Assembly: GCA_002897915.1 (NCBI GenBank)
Contig: BDTS01000023.1
Span: forward strand, 1-54,231
Origin: a bacterium BMS3Bbin09
GTDB lineage: Bacteria; Nitrospirota; Thermodesulfovibrionia; UBA6902
Direction: 5' to 3'
Length of the DNA stretch: 54,231 nt
In this document: positions 10,467 through 20,308 of the stretch, in pieces
How positions within the stretch are numbered: position 1 is the stretch's first letter
Layout: the number at the start of each line of letters is the position of its first letter
Notes under the pieces: generated by a model
Seen by the model: the letters and a program-made list of their open reading frames with translations, nothing else
Database searches by the model: none
Told to the model about the DNA's origin: nothing
Translations under genes and position numbers: made by a program

Positions 10467-12881
10467 TTATTTAACACAGGAGCAAGCGCAACTGACCTCA
10501 GCTGGTTTGCTGCCTTTCAATGTTATCGAATAAAACTGAATAAATTCAATTTTTTTGTATAAATAGTTTCTTTTCAATGTTACGTTTGGGAACCCGGCGC
10601 TTTCAGCTGCTTCTTTGAACCTTTTATCGGTCAAAGCTCCTGAAAGGCATGCGTTCCACATCTCTTTATCCCTCTTCAGGTATCCGGGAACGGGTTTGTC
10701 GGAAACAATATCAGAAATAATGAACCGGCCTCCAGGTTTTAATATTCGAAATATTTCGTCCATAACTTTAGTCTTGTCTTCAGTGAGATTGATAACACAG
10801 TTTGATATGACAAGGTCGACCGAATTATCGTCAACAGGAAGCTCCATGATGTTACCAGACCTGAATTCAACATTATGATAACCGAGGGCGTCTCCGACCT
10901 TTTTGGCGCTTTCACTTGCCTTTGCTACCATCTCGTCCGTCAGGTCAATGCCGATCACCCTGCCTTTTTTACCGAGTTTTCTTGCAGCGATAAAACAGTC
11001 TATCCCTCCGCCGGCCCCGAGATCGACTATAGTCTGTCCGGCTTTAATGGAAGCCAGTGCAGCCGGGTTGCCACAGCCGTATGAGACATCAAGTACCTCG
11101 TTGGGTATGTGAGCGAGGTCCTTCGGGTTATAGCCTGTTGGACAGTAGTATTCCGCTACAGGGGCATATGCAGCCTTTGAGAATTTCTTTTTTACCGTTT
11201 TTGTGACATGGCCTTTGATCTCCGGCTTGCATACATCTTCATCATCCTCGACATCGACCGACAGAACGCAGGAGCAGTGGTAGCATCCAACGTCAAAATT
11301 CTTGTCAATAGTCTTTAGCCCGGCGCCGAAATGCCCGGGAAGTTTTGAATCCATGGCGTTATAAATAGTGGGCGCTGAATATTCCCTGGTGTTCTGGGGT
11401 GCTACTGCCTCGGAGGCCAACTCCCATATAACGTCCTCGAACAGGGACTTGTAAGTCGAGCAATAGGGATCTTGAGCGGTGATCGAACCCTTTCCTGTGT
11501 CGACCTTGCTTGCGTAATAACTGTGGGATGTGCATCCGCCGCCGCAAAAATACTCGAGGTAACACTCACTGCATTCGGCCTTGTCCTGAACGCTGTTGTC
11601 ACGGCCTTTTTGCATTACCTTTGAATCGAGCCATATCTCTTTCAGGGATCTTTCCCTGACCGAACCGGCGTTAAAGTGCTTGTCGCCGTTCAAAGAGGCG
11701 CATGGGTAAACATTGCCGTCCGAATTGACGCAGACTTTTTCAAAACAGTTATTGCAGAGGTCGTTCTTTCTGCCCCTCTTGGTCCTGACCCTGACCTTTA
11801 ATGATTCGACGTTATCGAATATTATTTCTTTTTCCTTATATTCATTCTTGAGTTTTTTCATTGCCTTCGCGATATTGTCGGAAGGTACAAAGAGTTCGTT
11901 CATATGATCCACGCTCCGACCCTTTGCATGCATCCAGAGTACATTGTGTTCCTGTATGCCGAGCTTTGAGAGGAAACGTGAGGTCTTTGCTATATCTTTT
12001 TCGTTTAACTTGCTGATGGCTGTGGAGACAATGGGGATGATTCCTATGCTCATGAGCTTTTTGATACCGTCGACCGCCGCGTCAAAGCTGCCTTTTCCGC
12101 GCAGCTTGTCATGGATCTCTGCGTTCTGACCTTCCAGACTGACCTGAATCAAAAGCCTGGGGCTGACCAGCTTTTTTAATTCAGCGATCTTTCTGTTATC
12201 AAAGAGGGTAGCGTTTGTAAGCACAATAACCTCACGCTTCTTTGTTTTAGTAATGTATTTTATAAGGTCGAATATGCCTTCCTTGATAAAGGGCTCGCCG
12301 CCTGTGATATAAAAGCGCTTGACTCCGAGCTTAATAGATTCGTCCACGACCTTTTTGAATTCATCCACGGTCAATTCATTCTTAAGTACCTTCCCCGCAT
12401 CCACAAGGCAGTGTTTGCACCTGAGGTTGCAGGCCAGAGTAAAATAGATCCAGAGTTCTTCCAGTTTTTTCGGGGCGATCACCTTGCTTCTGCCCGGGTA
12501 AACAGGTGTCTCGAATTTATCTGCTGATACGAACTCGAGCATTCTTGTTGCAGTGAGGAATTCAGAGATCTCCTGTTTCGCTTTTTTCTTGTCAGGGAGA
12601 TTGTGTTTTTTGATTATAGCATTTTGAATATCGGACAATGAATTCTTACCGTTACAGAGCTTAAGGACTTCCGCGCCCGTATGGTTCACGCTGACCCAAT
12701 TGGGTGACTTGGGGTCAATAAACAACGATATGCCTTTTTTCTGTTTTTTGATATGGTCAGGAGAGAAGAGGATATCATCAGGGTCAAAAGGTTTAAGCTC
12801 CGGATCAATGATCTTCCATTCTTTCAGTTCATATTGCTTGAGTCTGTCTTCTCTTCCTGTATCGCAACAACTTTTTGCCAT
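10467..12881 (-). CDS. Fusion: PqqD/RRE-like N-domain + radical SAM/SPASM + ArsM-type SAM methyltransferase
   Basis: VNHTGAEVLKLCNG (PqqD-like); CNLRCKHC and TGGEP; GNVYPC...CSECYLEYFCGGGC..DPYC (SPASM); SYGCGNP, DLGAGGGID, ISNCVINL, WNACLSGA (ArsM). Confidence 0.88.
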   Translation of the reverse strand: MAKSCCDTGREDRLKQYELKEWKIIDPELKPFDPDDILFSPDHIKKQKKGISLFIDPKSPNWVSVNHTGAEVLKLCNGKNSLSDIQNAIIKKHNLPDKKKAKQEISEFLTATRMLEFVSADKFETPVYPGRSKVIAPKKLEELWIYFTLACNLRCKHCLVDAGKVLKNELTVDEFKKVVDESIKLGVKRFYITGGEPFIKEGIFDLIKYITKTKKREVIVLTNATLFDNRKIAELKKLVSPRLLIQVSLEGQNAEIHDKLRGKGSFDAAVDGIKKLMSIGIIPIVSTAISKLNEKDIAKTSRFLSKLGIQEHNVLWMHAKGRSVDHMNELFVPSDNIAKAMKKLKNEYKEKEIIFDNVESLKVRVRTKRGRKNDLCNNCFEKVCVNSDGNVYPCASLNGDKHFNAGSVRERSLKEIWLDSKVMQKGRDNSVQDKAECSECYLEYFCGGGCTSHSYYASKVDTGKGSITAQDPYCSTYKSLFEDVIWELASEAVAPQNTREYSAPTIYNAMDSKLPGHFGAGLKTIDKNFDVGCYHCSCVLSVDVEDDEDVCKPEIKGHVTKTVKKKFSKAAYAPVAEYYCPTGYNPKDLAHIPNEVLDVSYGCGNPAALASIKAGQTIVDLGAGGGIDCFIAARKLGKKGRVIGIDLTDEMVAKASESAKKVGDALGYHNVEFRSGNIMELPVDDNSVDLVISNCVINLTEDKTKVMDEIFRILKPGGRFIISDIVSDKPVPGYLKRDKEMWNACLSGALTDKRFKEAAESAGFPNVTLKRNYLYKKIEFIQFYSITLKGSKPAEVSCACSCVK

Positions 12882-13129
12882 TTAATACTCCGATAAATAT
12901 ATTTACTTTTAAAATTATAGAGTTATGTATATATGCCAGGTATAAACTGTGTCTTTCTTTGGAACCTATATAACATAACGACTATTAGCATGGATATTAT
13001 ACCGTTTAATAAATATTTTTAACAATTGTGTGAAGTGGCAAGTAAAATGTCATAATGATCGAGCAACTTAAATGTTGTATATGTGACGTAATTGTTGCTA
13101 TGTGCTGCGCCTGATGGTACTATTATCTC

Positions 13130-14662
13130 ATGTCCAATAACAATAAAACAGACCCGATAGTCCAGAAGAACAGGGAGTTGACCGCAATTCTGGAGGTCAG
13201 CAGGGTGCTTACAACATCCTTTGCCCTTGAGAAGAATCTCCTCTTGGTAATGTCGACCCTCGGGAGCCTGCTCGAGATGCAGAGGGGGTGCGTTTTTCTG
13301 CATGATCCTTTATCAGGGGAGATGCGTATTGTAGCGGCCCACGGGCTCGCAAAACATAATATTGAAAAGGGGAAGTACCGTATCGGTGAAGGGATCGTGG
13401 GCAGGGTCCTTGAGAAAAAGAAACCGATGGTAATACCGAACATCGGGGAGGAACCGCTTTTTTTGAACAAGACAGGTTCAAGGCCCGCAAAGGACGGGAT
13501 ATCCTTCCTCTGTGTTCCCATAATGCTGAAGAACGAAGGGCTGGGGGTGTTGAGTGTGGACAGGATATACTCGGAGGAGCAGGGCAATGTGGAGGACGAC
13601 CTCAGGGTACTGACGATCGTTGCCTCATTGATAGCCCAGTTCATTAAGCTCTGGGAGAGCTACGAAAAGATAGAGAAGGAAAAAGAGAGCCTCAAGAGGG
13701 AGCTGAAGGGCAAATACAGCATCGAGAACATAATAGGCTTGTCAGACAGGATGCAGGAGGTCTTTGAGTCGATCCACCGGGTCGCCCCCTCAAAGGCGAC
13801 CGTACTCCTTCGGGGTGAGAGCGGCACCGGCAAAGAGCTCGTTGCAAAGGCCGTGCATTATATGAGTCCCAGGAGCAAGGGCCCCTTTATTAAATTCAAT
13901 TGCGCGTCCATTCCTGAGGGTCTGCTTGAGTCCGAGCTCTTCGGTCATGAAAAGGGTGCATTCACCGGCGCGATAGCTGCCCGGAAGGGCAAGTTCGAGC
14001 TTGCGGACAAAGGCACGATATTTCTCGACGAGATAGGCGACCTTCCGCTTACCCTGCAACCAAAGATATTGAGGGTCCTTCAGGAGAGAGAATTCGAGCG
14101 TATCGGCAGCGAGAAGACGATGAAGGTCGATGTCAGGATAATAGCCGCGACAAGCAGGAACCTCGAGACACTGGTCTCACAGGGAAAGTTCAGAGAGGAC
14201 CTTTATTTCAGGCTCAATGTCATACCGCTCTTTCTGCCGCCGCTGAGTGAAAGGGAAGAGGACATCCCTGTCCTGATCGATTTCTTCCTGGTTAAGTTCA
14301 ATGAAGAAAATAATCGTTCGGTCTGTCTTGATAAAGGCGCCTTGCAGGTATTTTTAAATTATAACTGGCCCGGAAATGTCAGAGAGCTTGAAAATACCAT
14401 CGAGAGACTTGTTATTATGTCGGGCTCGGAAAGGGTCAAGGCATCGGAACTGCCTGTTAATCTGAGCATCCGGCGGGCAAAGGTATCTATGAAGTCCGAG
14501 TCGTTGACAGCCAATGTCGAGGATATTGAAAAAGAGAATATAATCGGCGCCCTTGAGAAGACCGGCTGGATACAGGCAAAGGCCGCCAGGCTCCTCGGGA
14601 TCACACCACGGCAGATAGGGTATAAGATCAAAAAGTACGGAATAGAAGAAAAGGTTTTGTAG
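13130..14662 (+). CDS. GAF-domain sigma-54-dependent activator (NifA-like architecture)
   Basis: N-terminal GAF (GEGIVG, SFLCVPI), [31 protein letters not shown]-terminal Fis HTH; no nif genes in the window. Confidence 0.92.
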   Translation: MSNNNKTDPIVQKNRELTAILEVSRVLTTSFALEKNLLLVMSTLGSLLEMQRGCVFLHDPLSGEMRIVAAHGLAKHNIEKGKYRIGEGIVGRVLEKKKPMVIPNIGEEPLFLNKTGSRPAKDGISFLCVPIMLKNEGLGVLSVDRIYSEEQGNVEDDLRVLTIVASLIAQFIKLWESYEKIEKEKESLKRELKGKYSIENIIGLSDRMQEVFESIHRVAPSKATVLLRGESGTGKELVAKAVHYMSPRSKGPFIKFNCASIPEGLLESELFGHEKGAFTGAIAARKGKFELADKGTIFLDEIGDLPLTLQPKILRVLQEREFERIGSEKTMKVDVRIIAATSRNLETLVSQGKFREDLYFRLNVIPLFLPPLSEREEDIPVLIDFFLVKFNEENNRSVCLDKGALQVFLNYNWPGNVRELENTIERLVIMSGSERVKASELPVNLSIRRAKVSMKSESLTANVEDIEKENIIGALEKTGWIQAKAARLLGITPRQIGYKIKKYGIEEKVL

Positions 14663-14687
14663 GGGCAGGTTTCAAACCTGCCCTTAC
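14659..14687. repeat. GTAG-type REP-like palindrome, copy 1
   Basis: GTAGGGGCAGGTTTCAAACCTGCCCTTAC; overlaps the stop codons of both convergent genes; second copy at 26782. Confidence 0.85.
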
Positions 14688-17302
14688 GTTTTAATTAAAA
14701 AATTATCCTTCACAAACTTTATCTCACCCTCACGGCTTTTTATCTGTCGTTCAAGTCTCGCATCAAGTATCGCAGTCAATATCTCTTTGAAAAGCGGGCC
14801 CGGCGGGTATCCCATTGACTGAAGGTCCTTTCCTGTAAGCTCTGGTTCGATGTTCCTCAGTTTTGTCAGGTAAATTGAGATGGCCTGCTTGCGGTCCTTA
14901 TGTTTGCTCTTTGCCATCATAAATAATACCGTATGAAGGTTAAGCGGAGAGAGCGTGTAATAGATATCCTTCTGGCTTGCGTCCTTAAGCTTGCTGAGCG
15001 CGGTCTTTGAATCTTTGATACCCACAAGCATCTCTTTGCTCACGTTTTTCGGGACCTGAAGTCTCCGCAGGGCCTCGGGCCTTTCCGAAGTGGTAAGTTC
15101 ATCAAGCAGCGCCATAAGAAAGAGATGTGATTTGTGAAGCTCTTCTTCAAAGAAGAGAAGTTTGAACCATGAAAATGTTTCCTGTATGGAAACGAAATTA
15201 TCTTTAAGGGTCTTTGTTATTGCAAGGCCGGGATGTATGAATTTCAGAAGATCCAGTTCAGCGAGCCTTTTGATAGCGTTGACAGGCTCTGTCTCCGTAA
15301 AGAGGAGGTTGAGCTCATCGTACATCCTGGTGCCGGAGAGCTTTTCGAACAACTTCATGCGCACGGCGGTCTTTATTAGCTTCAATGTGTGTTTGCTTAT
15401 CTTAAAGCCGAACCTCTCGGAGAACCTTATCGCCCTGAATGCCCTGGTCGGGTCTTCGATAAAGCTGAGATTGTGGAGTATTCGGATCGTTTTTTCCTTT
15501 ATGTCCCTCTGTCCGCCGTAATAATCAATGAGCTGTCCGAAGTGTTCGGGGTTCAGTTTTATTGCCAGTGTATTAATGGTGAAATCTCTCCGGTAGAGGT
15601 CCTTTTTTATGGATGAGGTTTCGACTGTAGGCAGTGCGGCCGGAGATTCGTAATACTCTGTCCTTGAGGTTGCAACGTCGAGCTTCAGAAACTCGGTTAT
15701 TACGACTGCTGTACCGAACCTTTTGTGGCTCTTGACCTTCAGGTTGAGTTTTTTACCGAGTGCCTGCGCGAACTTTATTCCGTCGCCCTCAATGACAAGG
15801 TCAATATCAAGGTTTGTTTCGCCGCGTATGATGTCCCTGACCGAACCGCCTACAAGATAGGCTGAGTAGCCAAGTTCATCCGCTATCTGCCCGGACAATT
15901 TAAGCAGGTTTAATATCTCGCGCGGGAAGATGGATCTTATCCCGGAGGACATGTTCTTGCCTATTGACGCTTTTTCTGTTATCTTCTCATTTGTACTTAC
16001 TCTGCTTTTTCTGAGCAGACTCTCATAAAGTGACCTTAAGAGGTCAGTCCTTGTTATTGCACCCGTTATTTGGCCGTTCTCGACCACTGGCATGAACCTC
16101 TGGTTCTGCTCTATCATCATTAACTCGACCCTGCTTATCGATGTTAAAGGAGTTACCGAAGGCGTGTCGGTTGTGCAGAATTCTGTGACTTTGCTTTTAC
16201 CGAAGCCGTGGAAAAGGGCCTTTTCAACAGCTTCTCTTGAGAGAAGGCCGTAAAGGGTTTTTTGCTTCAGGACCGGCAGGACATTTACCCCGTATTGTGT
16301 CATTGTCTTTTCAGCTGTCTTTATCGTATGGTTCCAGGGGATGCTTTTAACAGGACTCGTCATTATGTCTTTTGCTGTTTTCGAGGGCCGTATCTTCTTT
16401 TTCAGTGTAACCAGTAGTCTGCTTTCCACCTCTTCAAGCGAGATGTTTTTCATAGCAGCTGACGATGCGTTAGGATGCCCGCCGCCGCCGAGTGGTTTCA
16501 ATATTTCGGATACATCCACCTCGGACGTATGGCTCCTTGCAATTATCTGGACATTTTCTTCCATCATTACAAGCAGGAAGACCACATCTACATCGTCAAT
16601 TTCTCGTATCTTATGCGCCAGAAAAGCGATGTCTCCGATATACTTTTCCCTTGAGGCCATGGCGATCTTTATCCTTATGTCCTGGACCAGGTGGTCCTTT
16701 GCAGAATGGACCAGTTCGTTGAGCAGGTCTATTTCATCGGCACTCAGTTCTTTGGTGATAAAGCTTGAGACTATTTTTAGATTGGCCCCTTTTTTAAGAA
16801 GGTAGGCAGCGGCGATCAGTTCCCTCGTTGTTGTGGAAGGGAAGAGTAGCGAGCCTGTTTCTTCATATATCCCAAGCATTAATATTGTTGCTTCTGCCGG
16901 GGATATGTATATCTTGTCTTTCTGCAGCATCTCAGTAAAAAGTGTGGTTGTCGAGCCAAGCGTCTCAACGACCTCTAATTGTCCCCGAATGTCATTATTG
17001 GAGAACGGGTGGTGATCGTAAATATGGACCGCCACTCCCTTCTTGTCCAGTATCTCCGAGAACTTGCCGATTCTCCCGGGTTTCTTTGTGTCCACCAAAA
17101 TTAGGCGCGTGATCGTCTGGATGTCGATATCCCTGATCTTCCTGATGTCCAGTTCGGGCTGCATAGTGGCAAGGAAGTCACGCACGCTCTTTTCCTGTGA
17201 GCCCGGGAATACGAGGACCGCGTCAGGATAATACTTTTTTGCAGCGACCATTGAGGCGAGGGAGTCGAAATCGGAATTCATATGAGATGTTATCACGTCC
17301 AT
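14684..17302 (-). CDS. DHH/DHHA1-CBS-tRNA nucleotidyltransferase (CCA- or A-adding enzyme)
   Basis: DFDSLAS, YDHH, GGGHP, paired CBS domains, VGGSVRD..DIDLV, DLYRRDFTIN, EDPTRAFRAIRF. Confidence 0.92.
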   Translation of the reverse strand: MDVITSHMNSDFDSLASMVAAKKYYPDAVLVFPGSQEKSVRDFLATMQPELDIRKIRDIDIQTITRLILVDTKKPGRIGKFSEILDKKGVAVHIYDHHPFSNNDIRGQLEVVETLGSTTTLFTEMLQKDKIYISPAEATILMLGIYEETGSLLFPSTTTRELIAAAYLLKKGANLKIVSSFITKELSADEIDLLNELVHSAKDHLVQDIRIKIAMASREKYIGDIAFLAHKIREIDDVDVVFLLVMMEENVQIIARSHTSEVDVSEILKPLGGGGHPNASSAAMKNISLEEVESRLLVTLKKKIRPSKTAKDIMTSPVKSIPWNHTIKTAEKTMTQYGVNVLPVLKQKTLYGLLSREAVEKALFHGFGKSKVTEFCTTDTPSVTPLTSISRVELMMIEQNQRFMPVVENGQITGAITRTDLLRSLYESLLRKSRVSTNEKITEKASIGKNMSSGIRSIFPREILNLLKLSGQIADELGYSAYLVGGSVRDIIRGETNLDIDLVIEGDGIKFAQALGKKLNLKVKSHKRFGTAVVITEFLKLDVATSRTEYYESPAALPTVETSSIKKDLYRRDFTINTLAIKLNPEHFGQLIDYYGGQRDIKEKTIRILHNLSFIEDPTRAFRAIRFSERFGFKISKHTLKLIKTAVRMKLFEKLSGTRMYDELNLLFTETEPVNAIKRLAELDLLKFIHPGLAITKTLKDNFVSIQETFSWFKLLFFEEELHKSHLFLMALLDELTTSERPEALRRLQVPKNVSKEMLVGIKDSKTALSKLKDASQKDIYYTLSPLNLHTVLFMMAKSKHKDRKQAISIYLTKLRNIEPELTGKDLQSMGYPPGPLFKEILTAILDARLERQIKSREGEIKFVKDNFLIKT

Positions 17303-17312
17303 GATAGATAAT

Positions 17313-17376
17313 TATACCATGGGCATAAGTTTCGTATGAATAGATGAAATTAACATTTCACTATTCAACTCAACTA
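17313..17376 (-). repeat. ~60 bp hairpin repeat, family A copy 3
   Basis: Reverse complement TAGTTGAGTTGAATAGTGAAATGTTAATTTCATCTATTCATACGAAACTTATGCCCATGGTATA, 10 bp upstream of the nucleotidyltransferase start. Confidence 0.9.
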
Positions 17377-17445
17377 CATAATCGAGTTAATAGAATAAAA
17401 ACAAAAAAGGGGAGGGGATGTATTGTATGGGCCCGTGCCTCAGGG

Positions 17446-18861
17446 TTAATTATCCAGGAAGAGTTTGATATGCCTGGCCCGATCGGGATGTCTTAATTTT
17501 CTGAGTGCTTTTTTCTCCAGTTGCCTTATGCGTTCTCTTGTGACATTGAATTCTTTTCCGACCTCTTCAAGTGTCTGTGAGACCCCGTTGACGATCCCGA
17601 AACGCCTGATGATGATCTCTGCTTCCTTGTTGTTAAGGGTGCCTATTACATTTCTTATCTGCAGCTTCTGTTCCTTCCGGATAACGGAATCCAGTGGGAG
17701 CTCTGCCGTTGTATCTTCGATAAAATCCTCCAGGCGGCTGCCGTTGTCCGTTCCCACAGGGGTATCGAGTGAGACAGGTTCCTTGCATATTTTCATGATC
17801 GCCTGTATTTTTTCGGGTGAAAGCCTGAGGTTCTTTGATATCTCTTCTGTAAGCGGCTCTCTCCCAAGTTCCTGTACAAGCTGTTTCGAGGCACGTGTGA
17901 ACTTGTTTATGCTTTCTATCATATGGACCGGGAGCCTAATGGTCCTTCCCTGATCCGCAAGCGCCCGCGTTATAGCCTGCCGTATCCACCAGGTCGCGTA
18001 TGTGCTGAATTTGAATCCTTTTTTATAATCGAACTTGTCAACTGCCCTGATCAGGCCGATATTGCCTTCCTGTATGAGGTCGGAGAGGCTGAGCCCCCTT
18101 CCGATATATTTTCTTGATATGCTTATTACGAGTCTGAGGTTAGCATTGATAAGTTTATTTTTCGCCTCCGATATATTTTCTTTACTTTCGAGAATTACCC
18201 TCAATGAACTCTTTACATCATCTTCTCTAAGCCCCAGTGCTGATTCCAGAAACGATATTTCTTTTTTGATCTTTCTGAGTTCATTATTGAGCGACTTTTC
18301 TTCTCCCTTGGCCTTCTTCTTTCGAATCTTCTCCGAGTCAGCAATTAAACGCTTATGCATAGCTGCCAGTTCATTGAATTCCGACACCAGGGCATCTACT
18401 ATTTCTGGTTTCAGATTCAGTTCCGTCAGCTTACGCATGATTTTGTCGTTATGCTTTGTCAGCCGTGCGGCTGGTACGAGATCTTTTTTCGCGACCGCTT
18501 TCTTTTCCACATCCATCATGTCCTTTTCAATAGGACAAATGATAGAGGTAGTGACCTTTCCCTCCTTTAGTTGAGTTGAGGGAAGAAGCACCTTTTTTAT
18601 AACAAAAGGAGTTGAGAAAAGTATTTGGAATATAGTTTTTTTAGCGATCTCGATTTTACGCGAGATACTGATCTCTTCCTCTTTGCTTAGCAGGGGGATG
18701 GACTCCATGTCACGGAGATACATCTTTACAGGGTCGTATGAACTGTAAGCGGTTGAAGCGGATAGTCTTTGAAATTTGCGAACGGCCCCCATTTTTTCTT
18801 CATGGAAGGCGATCTTGTTTCTGCTATTGTCCCTTTTTGCAGAATCAGTATGTTTTTTCAT
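17446..18861 (-). CDS. RpoD/SigA-like sigma-70 factor (regions 1.2-4; no clear region 1.1)
   Basis: [52 protein letters not shown] at 18861 has a GAGGT RBS; the longer ORF call overlaps tRNA-Asn. Confidence 0.9.
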   Translation of the reverse strand: MKKHTDSAKRDNSRNKIAFHEEKMGAVRKFQRLSASTAYSSYDPVKMYLRDMESIPLLSKEEEISISRKIEIAKKTIFQILFSTPFVIKKVLLPSTQLKEGKVTTSIICPIEKDMMDVEKKAVAKKDLVPAARLTKHNDKIMRKLTELNLKPEIVDALVSEFNELAAMHKRLIADSEKIRKKKAKGEEKSLNNELRKIKKEISFLESALGLREDDVKSSLRVILESKENISEAKNKLINANLRLVISISRKYIGRGLSLSDLIQEGNIGLIRAVDKFDYKKGFKFSTYATWWIRQAITRALADQGRTIRLPVHMIESINKFTRASKQLVQELGREPLTEEISKNLRLSPEKIQAIMKICKEPVSLDTPVGTDNGSRLEDFIEDTTAELPLDSVIRKEQKLQIRNVIGTLNNKEAEIIIRRFGIVNGVSQTLEEVGKEFNVTRERIRQLEKKALRKLRHPDRARHIKLFLDN

Positions 18862-18996
18862 GACCTCTACCTTATTTTGAGCGTAAATTATTATAGCATT
18901 TTTTCTCAAAATGCAAATGAGTAATATACATATAGTTAATAGTAATATGGCGTTATCAAAAAGTCGGGATTTTCGATGGGCCGGGGAAAGAAAAAC

Positions 18997-19019
18997 AGAG
19001 AAAGGCGGGGCCTTTCTCT
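18997..19019 (-). terminator. Probable intrinsic terminator of tRNA-Asn
   Basis: AGAGAAAGGC/GCCTTTCTCT stem followed by T-rich sequence on the minus strand. Confidence 0.55.
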
Positions 19020-19034
19020 GTTCATTATGATCGC

Positions 19035-19110
19035 TGGCTCCCGGGGAGGGATTCGAACCCCCGACAAGATGATTAACAGTCATCCGCTCTGCCAGCTGAG
19101 CTACCCGGGA
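19035..19110 (-). tRNA. tRNA-Asn (GTT)
   Basis: Reverse complement TCCCGGGTAGCTCAG...GATGA-CTGTTAA-TCATC...GGTTCGAATCC...CCA. Confidence 0.97.
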
Positions 19111-19245
19111 AGGGTTTCCAGTAATAACGACTAACTATTATAAGGATAACAGGTAACAAATTCAATAGCACCATAAAGGCATTTCTGCTCGTTATGCCTT
19201 ATGTATATAACATCTTGGATTTAAAGCGAAACCAAGGAAGGGAAT

Positions 19246-19278
19246 AAAAAAGGAAGACTGACGGGCAGTCTTCCTTTT
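19246..19278 (-). terminator. Intrinsic terminator after porB
   Basis: AAAAAAGGAAGACTG-ACGGG-CAGTCTTCCTTTT perfect stem with A/T tails. Confidence 0.8.
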
Positions 19279-19305
19279 AAGGGATTGTTTATTGTTTCCG
19301 GCCAG

Positions 19306-20253
19306 TTAGCCTTCTTCTCCAGCAGCGGCTTCTTTCTGGAGGCGCTCCCATTGTGCGTCAACATGTGCCTGGGCCTGTTCGAGCATCCACTCGTTGCCTT
19401 TGGCGAACATATGCCTGAATCGGCCCTGTGGTTTCAGGAAGTCCACAAGTGGTTTCTTCTCTTTTGGCATCTTGGTGATCTTTGTAACGCCGTTCTCAAT
19501 TTCGAACAGAGGCCAGTAACATGTCTCAACAGCCAGTTTTGAAAGGGCTATTGCATCATCGGTCTTTGTACGCCATCCTCGATTGCACGGTGCGATAACA
19601 TTCATGAATTTGGGGCCTTTGATCTCGAACGCTTTCTGGACCTTCTTCATCAGGTCCGTATAGTTTGACGGAGATGCCTGGGCAACGTAAGGTATGCCGT
19701 GGGCAGCCATGATTCTTGTAAGGTCTTTCCTCTGCTGGAGCTTGCCGGGGATCACTTCTCCTGCAGGACATGTTGTTGTATTGGCTCCGAAAGGAGTCGC
19801 GCTTGAGCGCTGGATGCCGGTGTTCATGTATGCGCCGTTGTCATAACAGATATACATCATGTCATGACCGCGCTCCATCGCACCAGAAAGGGCCTGAAAA
19901 CCGATATCGTACGTTCCGCCGTCACCGCCAAAGGCAAGGAACTTAACATTCTTGTCCTCAAGCTTGCCCTGTTTAACCAGAGACTTGTACATTGCCTCGA
20001 TCCCTGATGCAGTTGCAGCGGCGTTTTCAAATGCACTGTGCATCCATGGGATCTTCCAGGCAGTGAATTGCTGAATGCAAGAGGAAACCTCAAGGCAACC
20101 TGTTGCATTAGATGCGATAATGGGATAGTCGGTTGCCATCAGGACCTGTTTCACAACAATAGGCGCTCCGCAGCCTGCACACATCCTGTGGCCGTGTGCG
20201 AACCTGTCCTCTCCCTTTGCAAGTTCTCTTAATCTGAGTGATTTAGTAGTCAT
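19306..20253 (-). CDS. porB: Pyruvate:ferredoxin oxidoreductase beta subunit
   Basis: GHRMCAGCG, NATGCLEV, GGDGGTYDIG, YDNGAYMNTGIQRS. Confidence 0.95.
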   Translation of the reverse strand: MTTKSLRLRELAKGEDRFAHGHRMCAGCGAPIVVKQVLMATDYPIIASNATGCLEVSSCIQQFTAWKIPWMHSAFENAAATASGIEAMYKSLVKQGKLEDKNVKFLAFGGDGGTYDIGFQALSGAMERGHDMMYICYDNGAYMNTGIQRSSATPFGANTTTCPAGEVIPGKLQQRKDLTRIMAAHGIPYVAQASPSNYTDLMKKVQKAFEIKGPKFMNVIAPCNRGWRTKTDDAIALSKLAVETCYWPLFEIENGVTKITKMPKEKKPLVDFLKPQGRFRHMFAKGNEWMLEQAQAHVDAQWERLQKEAAAGEEG

Positions 20254-20271
20254 TTTTTATCTCCTTATAGC

Positions 20272-20300
20272 CCTGCCTGCCCTGCCTACCGGCAGGCAGG
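20272..20300. repeat. 20 bp palindrome CCTGCCTACCGGCAGGCAGG (20281-20300) with a partial arm before it
   Basis: Lies in the porA-porB spacer; sibling copy at 36305-36324. Confidence 0.8.
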
Positions 20301-20308
20301 TGTCAGCT

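Noticed and set aside
12920-12940. Sigma-54 promoter for the radical SAM operon (minus-strand TGGCAT...)
   Set aside because: The -24 GG is present but the -12 GC is absent at the required spacing, so it is not supportable
13130-14662. True nifA / nitrogen fixation locus
   Set aside because: Only the GAF-AAA-HTH architecture matches; there are no nif genes in the window
18862-19083. N-terminal extension of the sigma factor ORF
   Set aside because: Overlaps tRNA-Asn and its terminator; a better RBS and ATG exist at 18861
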